A stretch of 64,000 nucleotides of DNA from Alloascoidea hylecoeti (taxonomy: Eukaryota), in NCBI GenBank assembly GCA_001600815.1, contig BCKZ01000012.1:186001-250000 (forward strand). The letters are read 5' to 3'. The notes under the pieces are model-generated. The model saw nothing but the letters and a program-made list of their open reading frames with translations, was not told the origin of the DNA and ran no database searches. Positions 48,720 through 60,078 of the stretch are shown here, one piece after another; within the stretch, counting starts at the first letter, position 1; the number at the start of each line of letters is the position of its first letter. Made by a program: the position numbers and the translations under genes.

Positions 48720-51700
48720 TTAGGCTTGGTCGATTGAAGGAATTGAACGGCGAAATCTGAACTGTCGTTCAACCATAACATCAATCAACCCGTTCATTTC
48801 AACTGGGCCAACATACTCAATGATCCGTTCATCCATTAATACCATGTAGATATCCTTATCCCAAGGATTTATCTCCATCGCTCTATAGCATACCTGCTTC
48901 AGATCCAAAACTCTGCTTTTATCTTCTGGATATTTGTCTACCAAACTCCACCGGAACTTAATATAAGCCTTCCAAACACTTGAAGTATCACTATAATTTG
49001 AAGAAACCAGCGCTTCAAAAAGCTCATTCACATAGCTTTCGGATTTTACCATTTCTTTAGCAAACCAAATGGCAATTTGCCAACACTTCAATTTACTAAC
49101 ATTAATACTATTGCCATCATTATTATTTTGGGCTAGTTCTTGTAAAGAGCTGCTTGTAATAAACTGGTCAACAGCATTTTTAAAATTCATCATAACACAA
49201 CTCTTTTTCTCGTTCCAAAGTAAGGTTTCCCAAATACGTGGGTTATTTGATGATCTCTGCAATGAAAAAGATGTAAATTGCCGTAACTGAGATACTTTAT
49301 AAATAGAACAGTTTGTGAAATGAACCTTGAATATCTCACACATCAAGATATCAACTTCTGAGCAGCATTTCCGAATATTAGCATTTATTGTCCAATTATA
49401 ATTGCAAGAAGTAGAAAATGCATTGAGTTTATCAGCATTCTTATTGGAAATATCAACAATATGCTCCATATTAGGGTCGAAATTATTTTCTTTCCAGCAA
49501 GAAATAAAAAGCAGCATAATTTGTATTTTCATTAGACAAGTAATGTGTTCGACATTTTCAATACTTAATGGGACGTCAGTTTCAGACGAAAGATAGTTAT
49601 AAACAGTTGATATTTTTATTTTAACCGTGCCTTGATTTATATCGTTGAATTTCCATTCAATTATACTGTTTGAAAAATTTAATAATGTAACCCAGGCTTT
49701 TTCTAAATCTCTGTTTTCAACCAATTCCTTTTGAATTATATTACACCATAATAAATTACTGTGAGGATTCTTCAATTGTTGACATGCTAGCTTAAAAACC
49801 TTTCTTGATTGGTCTTTTTCATCTGATTTCCATAAAAAATCACAATATTTATCCCATAACCGAATGTCATTCCTGTTAACTTGTAATTCCTGTTTAATAT
49901 TAGCTAATGCAACCGAAATGTTATTTGAAAATTCCCAATCAAATATCCATAAAGTCAATTCTATATCCTGAATAGGTTTCAACAACGATAACATATTATT
50001 AATGAATTCACTATCAACAACTTTATGTTTTTTAGATGGGGAGTCACCTTCTTGTAATGGGTCATATAAATCCTCCCAGGTATCTAATAGACCATACCGA
50101 TCGAGAAAGGGTGAATCAACACCCCAAAATTTCAGAGCAGACCAGATTAACTGCTTTTTAGAAACCTCGTGTTCAAAAACATAAAAGAATGGAATAATAT
50201 CCTCCGAAAGAACGTAATTGAAAGGGTCAAATGTGGCGACACAATCTTCCGAGATATTGGTTGAATGAGAAGGTTTAAACTCCTTCAGTAGAATTTCATT
50301 TTCTTTCCAAGTTAGTATTTGTTGGAAATTATTTTCCTTTGAACATTTTTTTAATTCAGTTTTAGGTTGACAAGTAACATTTAAGGAAATGTTCGTTCCA
50401 TCTATTGTATTTAACCATCCTTTTGCTTCCTTTTCACCAATACGCGGTAATTCTTTATCCCAAAATTGTTTAAATGACACTGTGACCTTTTCCAAAAAGC
50501 TTAGCTTAGTATCTCGATTTTCGCTCCTTTCAAATGGTCTAAAAAAGTTTATCTCCAATAAGGCCTGAAACAATGCGGTGGACATTTCATCATATCCACA
50601 ACGCCTAATAAATTGGGAAATCATAATAATTCCATAAATCAACGATATTTCGGAATTTTCACTATTATTCCTCATTATAATAGATCGTAAAGATAGAAAA
50701 ATGTCATCTAATCGTTTTAATATCTGGTCAAATCCAATAGAGGTTGATGTTTTTATATGTAATTGAAATCTTAAAAATCCGATTAAAAATTCTGGAACCG
50801 AAGGAAATTTATCGATTAATTCTCTCCATTTTCTTTCTGTTTTAACTTCCGATTTCCATACTTCTTCGCCGTATTTCATATATTTCAAAGTTAAAGTAAT
50901 ATGTCCAGGATTTGATTTTAATGCTTTTGATAATATTGAAAATATTAGTTCAGTATGAGCTCGGTTTGATATTTCCTTCTTACGATGATCTGAATGATAT
51001 TTAATTAGGCTTTTCCATGCTTTAATGTTTTTTGGATTTGAATCTATCTCTTTTTGTAACGTGATTAGTTCTTCATTGTTATATTTTTCTATAGAATATT
51101 CATCAATTTGGGAATCGAGTTTGGAATTATTTTGTGAAAAGATTGATTTAAAACCTGAAATATTCAAATCAAAATTATTACTATTCGAATTTGGTTGATC
51201 TCCTAGATCAATTGGAATATAATCATCCTGCTGTACCACAGCTTTGCAATCAATCTGCTTTAATTTTACTGTATGATAATTTTGTGATAGCAGTTTTCCG
51301 AAATCATTTTGTGAAGTACTTTTCAGATCTCGAGTGATTTCGTCAATAACGATGCCAGATTTTGGATTATCGTGGTTACGTTGAATTCTTAGATTTGATG
51401 GTAGACCTAATATTCTTCCATTTCCTATTCGCCTATATTTACAAATACCATGCTGATAAAGTGCTTCATACTGAAGATTATTTTTGTCACCAGTGGTATC
51501 CATGAAAAATGTATCATTTGTAGTTGAAATTATTGGTTTCCTCTTTTCTTCTATAAAAGTGAGTGGTTTCTTATTAAAACTATCCCTTTTGTGTTCAGTA
51601 GACATCCTATCTTCTATTAAATGGCGATTATCATTATGACTTGATCTGTGATCTAGTCTATGATGAGATCTCTCTCTTTTCCAATAGCTATCTGAAGATC

Positions 51701-51857
51701 TATGGCTTCTACGATGGTCTTTACCAGAGTTTCTCTCATGATGCCTACTGTCGCGATGACTCCTACCATAAGATTTGTCTTTATCCGATAACTTTGGTTC
51801 TTCTTTATCCCCAGATTTTAAATTGAAAGACTTGAACTGTGAAAATGATGAGCTCAT
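48720..51857 (-). CDS. NRDE2: NRDE-2 / Nrl1 family HAT-repeat nuclear RNA surveillance protein
   Basis: FFMDTTGDKNNLQY..YRRIGNGRILGL, CGYDEMSTALFQALLEINFF.P, FKQFWDKELPRIGEKEAKGW, C-terminal YRAMEINPWDKDIYM. Confidence 0.8.
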   Translation of the reverse strand: MSSSFSQFKSFNLKSGDKEEPKLSDKDKSYGRSHRDSRHHERNSGKDHRRSHRSSDSYWKRERSHHRLDHRSSHNDNRHLIEDRMSTEHKRDSFNKKPLTFIEEKRKPIISTTNDTFFMDTTGDKNNLQYEALYQHGICKYRRIGNGRILGLPSNLRIQRNHDNPKSGIVIDEITRDLKSTSQNDFGKLLSQNYHTVKLKQIDCKAVVQQDDYIPIDLGDQPNSNSNNFDLNISGFKSIFSQNNSKLDSQIDEYSIEKYNNEELITLQKEIDSNPKNIKAWKSLIKYHSDHRKKEISNRAHTELIFSILSKALKSNPGHITLTLKYMKYGEEVWKSEVKTERKWRELIDKFPSVPEFLIGFLRFQLHIKTSTSIGFDQILKRLDDIFLSLRSIIMRNNSENSEISLIYGIIMISQFIRRCGYDEMSTALFQALLEINFFRPFERSENRDTKLSFLEKVTVSFKQFWDKELPRIGEKEAKGWLNTIDGTNISLNVTCQPKTELKKCSKENNFQQILTWKENEILLKEFKPSHSTNISEDCVATFDPFNYVLSEDIIPFFYVFEHEVSKKQLIWSALKFWGVDSPFLDRYGLLDTWEDLYDPLQEGDSPSKKHKVVDSEFINNMLSLLKPIQDIELTLWIFDWEFSNNISVALANIKQELQVNRNDIRLWDKYCDFLWKSDEKDQSRKVFKLACQQLKNPHSNLLWCNIIQKELVENRDLEKAWVTLLNFSNSIIEWKFNDINQGTVKIKISTVYNYLSSETDVPLSIENVEHITCLMKIQIMLLFISCWKENNFDPNMEHIVDISNKNADKLNAFSTSCNYNWTINANIRKCCSEVDILMCEIFKVHFTNCSIYKVSQLRQFTSFSLQRSSNNPRIWETLLWNEKKSCVMMNFKNAVDQFITSSSLQELAQNNNDGNSINVSKLKCWQIAIWFAKEMVKSESYVNELFEALVSSNYSDTSSVWKAYIKFRWSLVDKYPEDKSRVLDLKQVCYRAMEINPWDKDIYMVLMDERIIEYVGPVEMNGLIDVMVERQFRFRRSIPSIDQA

Positions 51858-52000
51858 CGCATTTTCTTAATACTGTGTGAGGAAATGCTAAAGTGAAAGA
51901 TGTTTTGTTGTAATGAAGCTTTCAATCTCCAATTAGAAATAAACACAAACACGAACACAAAATCAAACTCCAATTAAAAAGCCTAAGAAAACAATTCAGT

Positions 52001-53084
52001 ATGTCCTCTATAGGATCCTCAAAAGTTTATGAATCTGATATCTTAGCTCTTAAATCAGAAAGTATGTTTCTAATGAACACCCCTCCCGTTATCGATAACT
52101 TTGGACTAACTTGACGGCTGTCGTCTTTTGAAGTCGCGACTTTAAATAAGCAAAAACAAACATTAGAAACAAATTACAAAACGTTACTTGCCGATGAATC
52201 AATATACGACACCATATCGTCTAACAAACGGCTACAAAGTGATACCACTACAGACTTGCCTGAACCTATAAACCTAGATGATCCAGAAACCAACATCTTA
52301 ACGAAAAAACATCGTAGTAATAATGGTAAAGGGAAAGAAAAAGATACATTCGAAGAAGATTATTCAATTTTAAAGAACTTTTTATCAAATACTGTTGACC
52401 TAAGTAATCTCAAACTTGAAAATGTATATCGATTAACAGGCATAACTGGGTTTAAAGTTAGTGATCCAGCTCCACAAGGTGATAAAAATATGTTAGGAAT
52501 AAGGATAGAAACGTTTTCCAAAGGAAAATATACTGCACCACATTATGTTATTATTAGAAAAGATATGAAAGATCGCTGGGAAATTTTCAAACATACAGTT
52601 CCTGTTTATATTCCAATCAAGGCTATCTCTGATGAGTATCTTAACCGTGATTTAAAGGTAACGTTTTAATGTTTTTTCGAACTTCTTAGATTAGTATACT
52701 AACTAGTATCATATCTAGCTATTTTCCGAGAAACTTAGAAGATATATTATTCTACATATTCATAAACAGGATATTATTGATTCTATGGATCCATTACACA
52801 GATCATCAACTGATACGTTGTATATAGAACGTTTAGAGCGAGATTTAGCAACAGAACTAGTGAAGATTTTCTTTAAAAATGGATGGAAAGCTGTTATGAC
52901 ATTATCACTACTGAGTGTTGAGCAAGTTACTGTTTCAAAAGATGTTGATTTGTTATCAACAAGATCTAAGTCCGATAAAAATTTAAATAGATTCGAAAGA
53001 AACAAGGAACTTGAGACTATACTAAGAGGGTCAATTGAAGAATTACCCAAAAGAATAAAGAGATTCTGGTCAAGGAAACAGTAA
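52001..53084 (+). CDS. MCM21: Kinetochore CENP-O/Mcm21/Mal2 family protein, 3 exons
   Basis: Introns 52062-52133 and 52658-52718; ENVYRLTGITGFKVSDP, LGIRIETF, PHYVII, IFKHTVPVYIPI. Confidence 0.8.
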
Positions 53085-53119
53085 AGATGGATTATCACAA
53101 ATATCTAATAGCGCTATAA

Positions 53120-53375
53120 AATATGATCACCACTATCTGGGTTTATATCACTGCAACCAAAAAAACTAATAAATCTATGAATGGGAATTAATATGCAGGC
53201 CCATGGCCAGTGTTTTGTCTCGGGTAGCAATTGCGACAGATAAGTTTTCCCATTCCAGCCCCTTCAAACGGGTTTAAATGAATCGGAAACGAGATCAAGT
53301 CCCGGAGAGACATAATATATCTGGCTTTTATTCGCAAGGGTCTAATCAGCTAGTTTTACGTTTCCAGCGTTGCAA
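53120..53375. ncRNA. Candidate structured non-coding RNA, family not recognised
   Basis: GC-elevated ORF-free island between convergent MCM21 and CCT8; GAATGGGAA (53179) pairs with TTCCCATTC (53247); TATA-like run at about 53380. Confidence 0.3.
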
Positions 53376-53504
53376 TTGTTATATATAGGTAGCATTTACA
53401 AGTGATAATGAAGTATGGAGCAAAAAAAGAGGATAAAAAGTAGTAATTACAAATGGAGGATTATATAAGTGTATTACTGAATATATATATATAACAATTC
53501 ATAA

Positions 53505-55287
53505 CTAATCGGCTTGATCCCAATTACCTGGTTGGGGTTGTTTGGGCATCACTGGACCACCAGCTCTCTTAGCCATGATGATCTGGTCGACAGATAAGAT
53601 TGTATTTGCAGCTTCTGTAGCCAATTCAATGGCAGATCTCTTAGAACTCATTAAATCGAAGATTTGGGCATGTTTTGTATCAATGACACCATTTGAACTG
53701 TCATCATCAACATCTACACCAGATATAATATCATTTTCTTTGGCATGTGCAGCATAGAGTCTACTAAGGGCTTCTGAGGCATCTAAACCGGCATTTTGAG
53801 CCAAAGTTCTTGGAATTATTTCAAAAGCTGTTGCATATTTCTTAATGGCATGTTGTAACAAACCAGGTGTTCGTTCACCATAGGCTGTAATTCTATTAAC
53901 AAGCTCTATTTCGGTGGCACCAGCACCTGGCAAAAGGTTGGAGTCTTTAGTAATACCTTTTAGTGCATTAACACCATCATCTATAGCTCTTTCCACATCA
54001 TCTAGATTGTTTTGAGTTGCACCACGAATAACGATAGTAGCAGTCCGAGTAGTTTCATTTTCTTGTCTAAAAATTGTTACACGGTCACCACCAATTTCCT
54101 TAGTTTCGACAACATCCACAACACCCATTTCTTCAGGCATTGGAGCACCAAATCTAGGTAATGGAGTAGCACCAACAACTCTGCAGATTCTTCTTAAATC
54201 AAATTTACTTCCAACTTTCAATACTAAAACCCCAAATCGATTTAGATAATGTAAAGCCAATTCACCAATACCGGAACCAGCAATAACGACTTTGATACCA
54301 GAATCAGCGATTTCTTTTATGGCAGCTTCGATTTGATCCTCCTCACCTTTGGAAAAGTTTAACATTTCCTTTGCACTATGTAGCAGGACGGTACCTTTTG
54401 TTTCTGTTGCTGATATATCAATAGGACATGTGAAAACGGCAACCTTTGATTTACCAACTTTTTTAATGTGACCTTCGGGTTCTCTACCAAAAACCATTCC
54501 TTTAATAACAGTACTAGATTCTAAACTGCTTCCCATGATTTTAACGACTCTAATGTTATCGACATTAAAAGCAGCAGGGTTTTTTGGTAAGACTGTAAGA
54601 ATTGCATTACTAACCAATTCCGCTAAGAATTCTTCATTCCCGTATTGTTTTGAAGCAATTGCAGTTTTAATTGCTTTGCTGATCTCTTTAACATCAGTGA
54701 AATCAGTTACCTTATCAATAACCAATTCATTAAGGGCTTTTACAGCGAAATTTTTGGCAAGATCATAACCTTGAACAATTTCAGAGGTTGTTAAGCCCAA
54801 ACTAATGAGATGTTCAGCTTGGCTTAAAAATTCACCAGCTAGAATAATAACTAAATTTGTAGCATCTCCAATCTATAAATAAGTATAATAATTGTTAATT
54901 TAAAGGAATCACGAAAAGAAAAGAGGAATGACACGTACCTCTGCTTTTTGTTGATCGCTTGCCATAACCATCAATTTAGCAGCAGGGTGGACAACCTCGA
55001 GTTCACGGAGCATAGTAGCAGCATCATTGGTAATGAATATTTTCCCGATGTCTGTAAAGGTTAGTGGTTGATTAAATATTAATGAATGTAAGAGGAAAAG
55101 TGAAAAGAAGCTTACGGTTGACAATGATCTTATTTCTTCCACAAGGGCCGATTGAGGTCAGGACCATGGAGGAGATCTCCTTGCAAGCGGTGATATTTCT
55201 GACTACTGCACCATCCTCACTTTGGTAGTTCTGGTATCCTTGTTTGAAAAGGCCTGCGTTTGGGGCGGAAGGGAGCTTTAACGACAT
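53505..55287 (-). CDS. CCT8: Chaperonin CCT subunit theta, 3 exons
   Basis: MSLKLPSAPNAGLFKQGY, ITNDAATM, GDATN, FNVDNIRVVKIMG, VDQIIMAKRAGGP, NWDQAD; introns 55052-55115 and 54873-54938. Confidence 0.96.
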
Positions 55288-55431
55288 TTGGAAGGTTGAA
55301 GACTGAAAAGTTGCAATTGATGAGATTTTGGATCTGAAGCGCACATGTGGGTCCGCACGCGTAGCAACCAGCACGGGTCCTGAGGCTAAACAGATGCATC
55401 AACTATGCCAATATAGCCAATATCAATTGCA

Positions 55432-57949
55432 ATGCAACACCGATCCTCGAGTCCAGACACCGTCGAGCATCTGAATGCGATTCTGCCGGACCCCTCCGCC
55501 CTCCCAAGGGTTCCGCTGCTCCTGGACGAGCTCAGTGCCTACAAGCTTGCCGTGGACCGTGAAATCATCGCTTGTTCAGACGCAGCTGGCCAACGAGGCT
55601 CCTTGGAACAGATTGGTGATAATGTTGACGGCCTTGTGGAAAGCCTGGTCGAGGAAATCCGCACAACCCAACAGATGGCCTCTTCCACGGAGGGAATGAT
55701 CACCCAAATGACGAAAAATATCAAGAAACTGGATGAAGCCAAAAAGAACCTGGTTCTCTCTATGACTGTCCTAAAACGACTACAGATGTTAACCACGGCG
55801 TATGATCAATTACAGTTATTGATTAAGCAGAAGCAATACTCAGAAACTTTACAGATACTGTCTGCTGTCAAAGAGCTGATACAACACTTCAAACCTTACA
55901 GAAGTGTCTCTCAAATAGCGGCTTTGAGTAAAAGTGTATCACAAACACAAGACCAATTGGCTGACCAAATTTTCACGGATTTTGACGATACTATAAATCG
56001 CAAAAGAAACACTTTCTGGGGTGATGATTCCATGGAGCTAGTTAGTGCCTGTAACATTTTAGATCTCCTTGGAACCGGTTATCACGATAAGTTGGTATCC
56101 TGGCTTTGTAATAATCAACTAAAAGAAATTAAGTCAATATTCAAAAGCACAGATGAGGTACGTATTTTTTTTTTTTTTTGTCGCAAACGATTGTTACAGT
56201 TCAATTAGCTGTCTATATATCTAACCAATCTTTTTTCACTGTTTGGTTTAGGCCGGATCGCTGGAAAACATATCCCGCCGCTATACCTATATTAAACACA
56301 CGCTTAAAACATTTGAAGATGATTATTCAATATTTTTTCCTGAAAATTGGAATATGAGTGAAGAGTTAATGAATCGATTTTGTGGTTATACTAGAGAAGA
56401 TCTGAAAGAGGTTCTATCAATGACAAGTAAAGATATAGATATTCAACAATTACTAGACGCTTTACAAGTAACTGTTGAATTCGAACAGTATCTTGATAGA
56501 AAGTTTAAAGATACAGGAGACAAAAAACCGCAAAGATCAATATCAGAAGCCTTCCAACCGTATCTAAGTCTATGGATCAATTATCAAGATAGAATCTTAA
56601 ATGCTGAATTCAATAAATATATTGATAAAGGTATTAAAGTTGATGGAGAAATATTACCCGAAACTGTTATTGAATCATCTGCCGATATGATTGTAAGGTA
56701 TAGGAAATTACTTGCACAAGGAGCAAATTTATCAACGAAAGAACCGTTATTAGATCTTTCAAAAATGTTCTCTAGATGGTTAACGACATACTCGAAACAA
56801 ATATTATCAAAAAATCTGCCAGTTTCTTTAAATTCTCTTAATGAAGAAGCTATAATAAATATTTGTTTAATAATCAATACTGCTCATTATTGCTCAACAA
56901 TAACAACACAATTAGAGGATCGTATAAAGGAAATAATAGATCCAACTTTACAAAACAAAGTAAACTTTTCTTCAAATAGAGAAACTTTTATCAACGTTAT
57001 CAACACATGTATAAGTCTTCTTTTAAACAAAGTTGGACACGAAACTGAATTAATATGGAAAGAAATGACAAATACAAATTGGGGTAAATTAGACCAAGTA
57101 GGGGATCAGAGTACATACGTAACAGGATTACGATCTTCTATTGAAGAAACCTCAAAGTTAATTTTACCTAGGATTTCAAAAGAAGTGTATCGGCGAACTT
57201 TCTGTGATAGAGTAGTTGAATCGGTTAGTATTAAATATCTACAAACAATCATTAAATGTCGACCAATATCCGAAATTGCGGCTGAACAATTATCACTTGA
57301 TTTATATGCTTTAAAGGAAATATTTTTAAAATTGCCATCACTTGGTGATCCAACATCCACACCTGCTGTATTATATACAAAACGAGTTCAAAAATTCTTA
57401 AATCGAATTGAAGTAATTTTGAAGGTTTTATTAACACAATCTAATCCACCTGAAGGTTTAGTTCAAAATTATTTTTATTTAATTGCTGATAAATCAATTG
57501 ATAATTTCAAAAAAATCTTAGTTTTAAAAGGTATTGAACGATATTCTCAAAATCCTTTCCTTGATATTTTTAAGTCACAATTAAAATCTCATGAAAATTT
57601 AATTGATGAATCACCAGTTTTATCAACTTTAAACATTCAAGCAATTGATAATATATTAGCTAGTTCATCAGAAATTACTACTAGATCATCATCACCAATA
57701 TTTGATGGGTCTATTTTTGGAAATGCTAAATTCCCACGAACACAATCATTAACAATTGATAAAATGGGTATTGAAAATACTTTGGGTAAACTTGCTCAAG
57801 AAGGTGAAAATCATGTTAATAAATTAAATGAAAATTTCAAAAGTTTTGGAAGATTCTTTAAAAGAGATAATACAAATAATAATGGTAATGGTAATGGTAA
57901 TGGACATGTGTTTGGATTAGGTCATAATATTGGAAATGGGAAATCATAG
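55432..57949 (+). CDS. VPS53: GARP complex subunit Vps53, 2 exons
   Basis: IKKLDEAKKNL..SMTVLKRLQML, intron 56158-56251, EAGSLENISRRY, INTAHYC, VGDQSTYV, AEQLSLD. Confidence 0.92.
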
Positions 57950-58187
57950 ATAATAAGAAGTAACAAACGTCTAGGTTTTCATATTTTTTTTCATATTTTT
58001 TACTAATCATACGCATATACAATAAAGGAAAGTGAAATAATAGCATTGATAAAGCTGAAAAATAATTGTAATAAATAAATTTCACAAAGGATATATATCT
58101 TAAATATTTATAATTAATGCTAATGTTATTGTAAGATTTTGTATGTATGAAGGTTTGCATAAACTTACAGTAACTTTACACCTTTAA

Positions 58188-58204
58188 AAAAATTTTCTCA
58201 TCGC
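58188..58204. promoter_or_regulatory. RRPE-like plus PAC ribosome-biogenesis elements
   Basis: AAAAATTTTC immediately followed by CTCATCGC (reverse complement of PAC GCGATGAG), about 30 nt upstream of the SSF1 ATG. Confidence 0.7.
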
Positions 58205-58235
58205 AGCTTTAAACCTTCACCAAAAATATCTTACA

Positions 58236-59654
58236 ATGCCACGAGCACAAGCAAGAAGATCTGTAAGTACCTTCTTCTTTAAATCATTTCACTATCAATT
58301 ATACGCTAACATATAAACGGTATTTTAGAGATTAAGAAAAAGAAGAACACATGCTGAACCTACAGAAGAGGAAATCAAGAAAATACCTCGATCAATGGTC
58401 GTTAGAGTTGGTGATTCTTTTAAAAATCATTCATTAGGTTCATTAATACAAGATATGAGAACAGTAATGTCTCCTCATACAGCTGCCCGGTTAAAAGAAC
58501 GAAAGTCAAATAAACTTAAAGATTTTATTGTAATGGCTGGTCCTCTTGGAGTATCTCACTTACTTATCTTCAATCAGTCAAAAGAAGGAAATATTAATCT
58601 AAGAATGGCGAGAACTCCACACGGGCCTACTTTACATTTTAAAGTCAAGAATTACTCTTTATGTAAAGATGTTCGAAAATTTGTTAAAAATCCAAAATCA
58701 GTAAGTCTTAGTTCTGCTGAATTTAAAGCACCACCATTATTAGCTTTGGAAGGTTTTGAAACGGATACCCCCGAAAAAATATTATTGAAAGATATGTTTA
58801 AGCATTTGATGCCACCAATTTCGGTTCAATCTATAGATATCAATTCTGTTCAAAGAGTGTTGCTAATATTTAAAGATGAAAAGACAGGAAGAATTGATTT
58901 ACGTCATTACGCAATTGATACACAGTTAGCTGAAGTATCCAAACCCATTAAAAAATTGATTAATGCTAAAGAGAAGAATAAAAGGCTACCAAACTTGTCA
59001 AAAGTTAAAGATGTTGCAGACATGATTTTAGATCCTTATGCAAATGGGGCAGGATATACAAGTGAATCTGAAGTTGAAGAAGATGCTGTGATACATGTTC
59101 AACAGGAAGATGATGTATCAACAAAATCTATCAGGAATACTCAAGATGTTAAAGTCAAATCAGAAGATGAAGAAAATGTTTTAGCGACAGCACCAAGTAT
59201 TAAAAAAAATATTCAAAAGAGAACTGTAAAGCTTACGGAATTGGGTCCTCGATTAGAACTAGAATTAATCAAGATTGAAGAGGGTATATGTGATGGAAAG
59301 ATTATGTATCATTCATACATAAAAAGGACAGAAGAAGAAGAGAAAAAACTAGAAAAGAAGCATGCATTGAAGCAACGTCAAAAGCAAGCTCGCCGAAAAG
59401 AGCAAGAAGAAAATGTTAAGCGTAAAAATGCAGTTAAAGATGCTAAAAAGGAAAGACGTAAACTTCGAAAAGATCAACAAAAAGAAGATCCTGAGGAAAA
59501 TGACGATCATAGTGACGGTGAAAATCCGAGTGCATCAGAAGACTCAGAAGATGATAAAGAAAATAATGAAGTTGAAGAATCTATTGATGAGGATGAGGAT
59601 GAGGATGAGGACGTTGAAATGAGTTCAGTCTCCGGATCCGGAGAGGAGAATTAA
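58236..59654 (+). CDS. SSF1: Brix-domain 60S biogenesis factor Ssf1/Ssf2 (Peter Pan), 2 exons
   Basis: Intron 58263-58328; RRTH, IPRSMVVRVG, MSPHTAARLKERKSNKLKDF, GPLGVSH, GPTLHF, LTELGPRL..L.KIEEG; acidic tail. Confidence 0.93.
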
Positions 59655-60078
59655 AAAGTTTATTTAACAAGTATTGATATCGACCGTATACCTAAAACTG
59701 GCTGTTATTCATAGCCATGATGATATTTATTAATTAGCTATAGCATATCAGATGCAGTTAGATAAAATCGGATAATTATGATCTTAACTTCATTAAAATC
59801 ACGAGGATTAAATAAACATTCAGACCAAATCGTATATTCATAGTGAATAATTCTTATTTAAATTTTTCTTGGATTTATTCTCTTTACTTTCCATCAATAT
59901 TAATATTGGTATTATCGGGGTCATTTCCGCTTAATTTAATCTGTAATAATTTGATTAATATTGTTCTGTTTTAAGTTTGTGATATATTTAAGTTATGATT
60001 TTCCTACTCTTCTCATTTTTGGGCTTCATTTGTTATCTTTTGTACTTAAGATTCGACAACATCACCGACACGAAGAAA

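Noticed and set aside
13989..53084. MAD2, MAD1 and MCM21 as a functional kinetochore/checkpoint cluster
   Set aside because: They are 15-22 kb apart with many unrelated genes between them, and each is explained by its own conserved neighbourhood
57876..59612. (AATGGT)n and (GATGAG)n microsatellites
   Set aside because: Ordinary coding low-complexity tails (NG in Vps53, DE in Ssf1)
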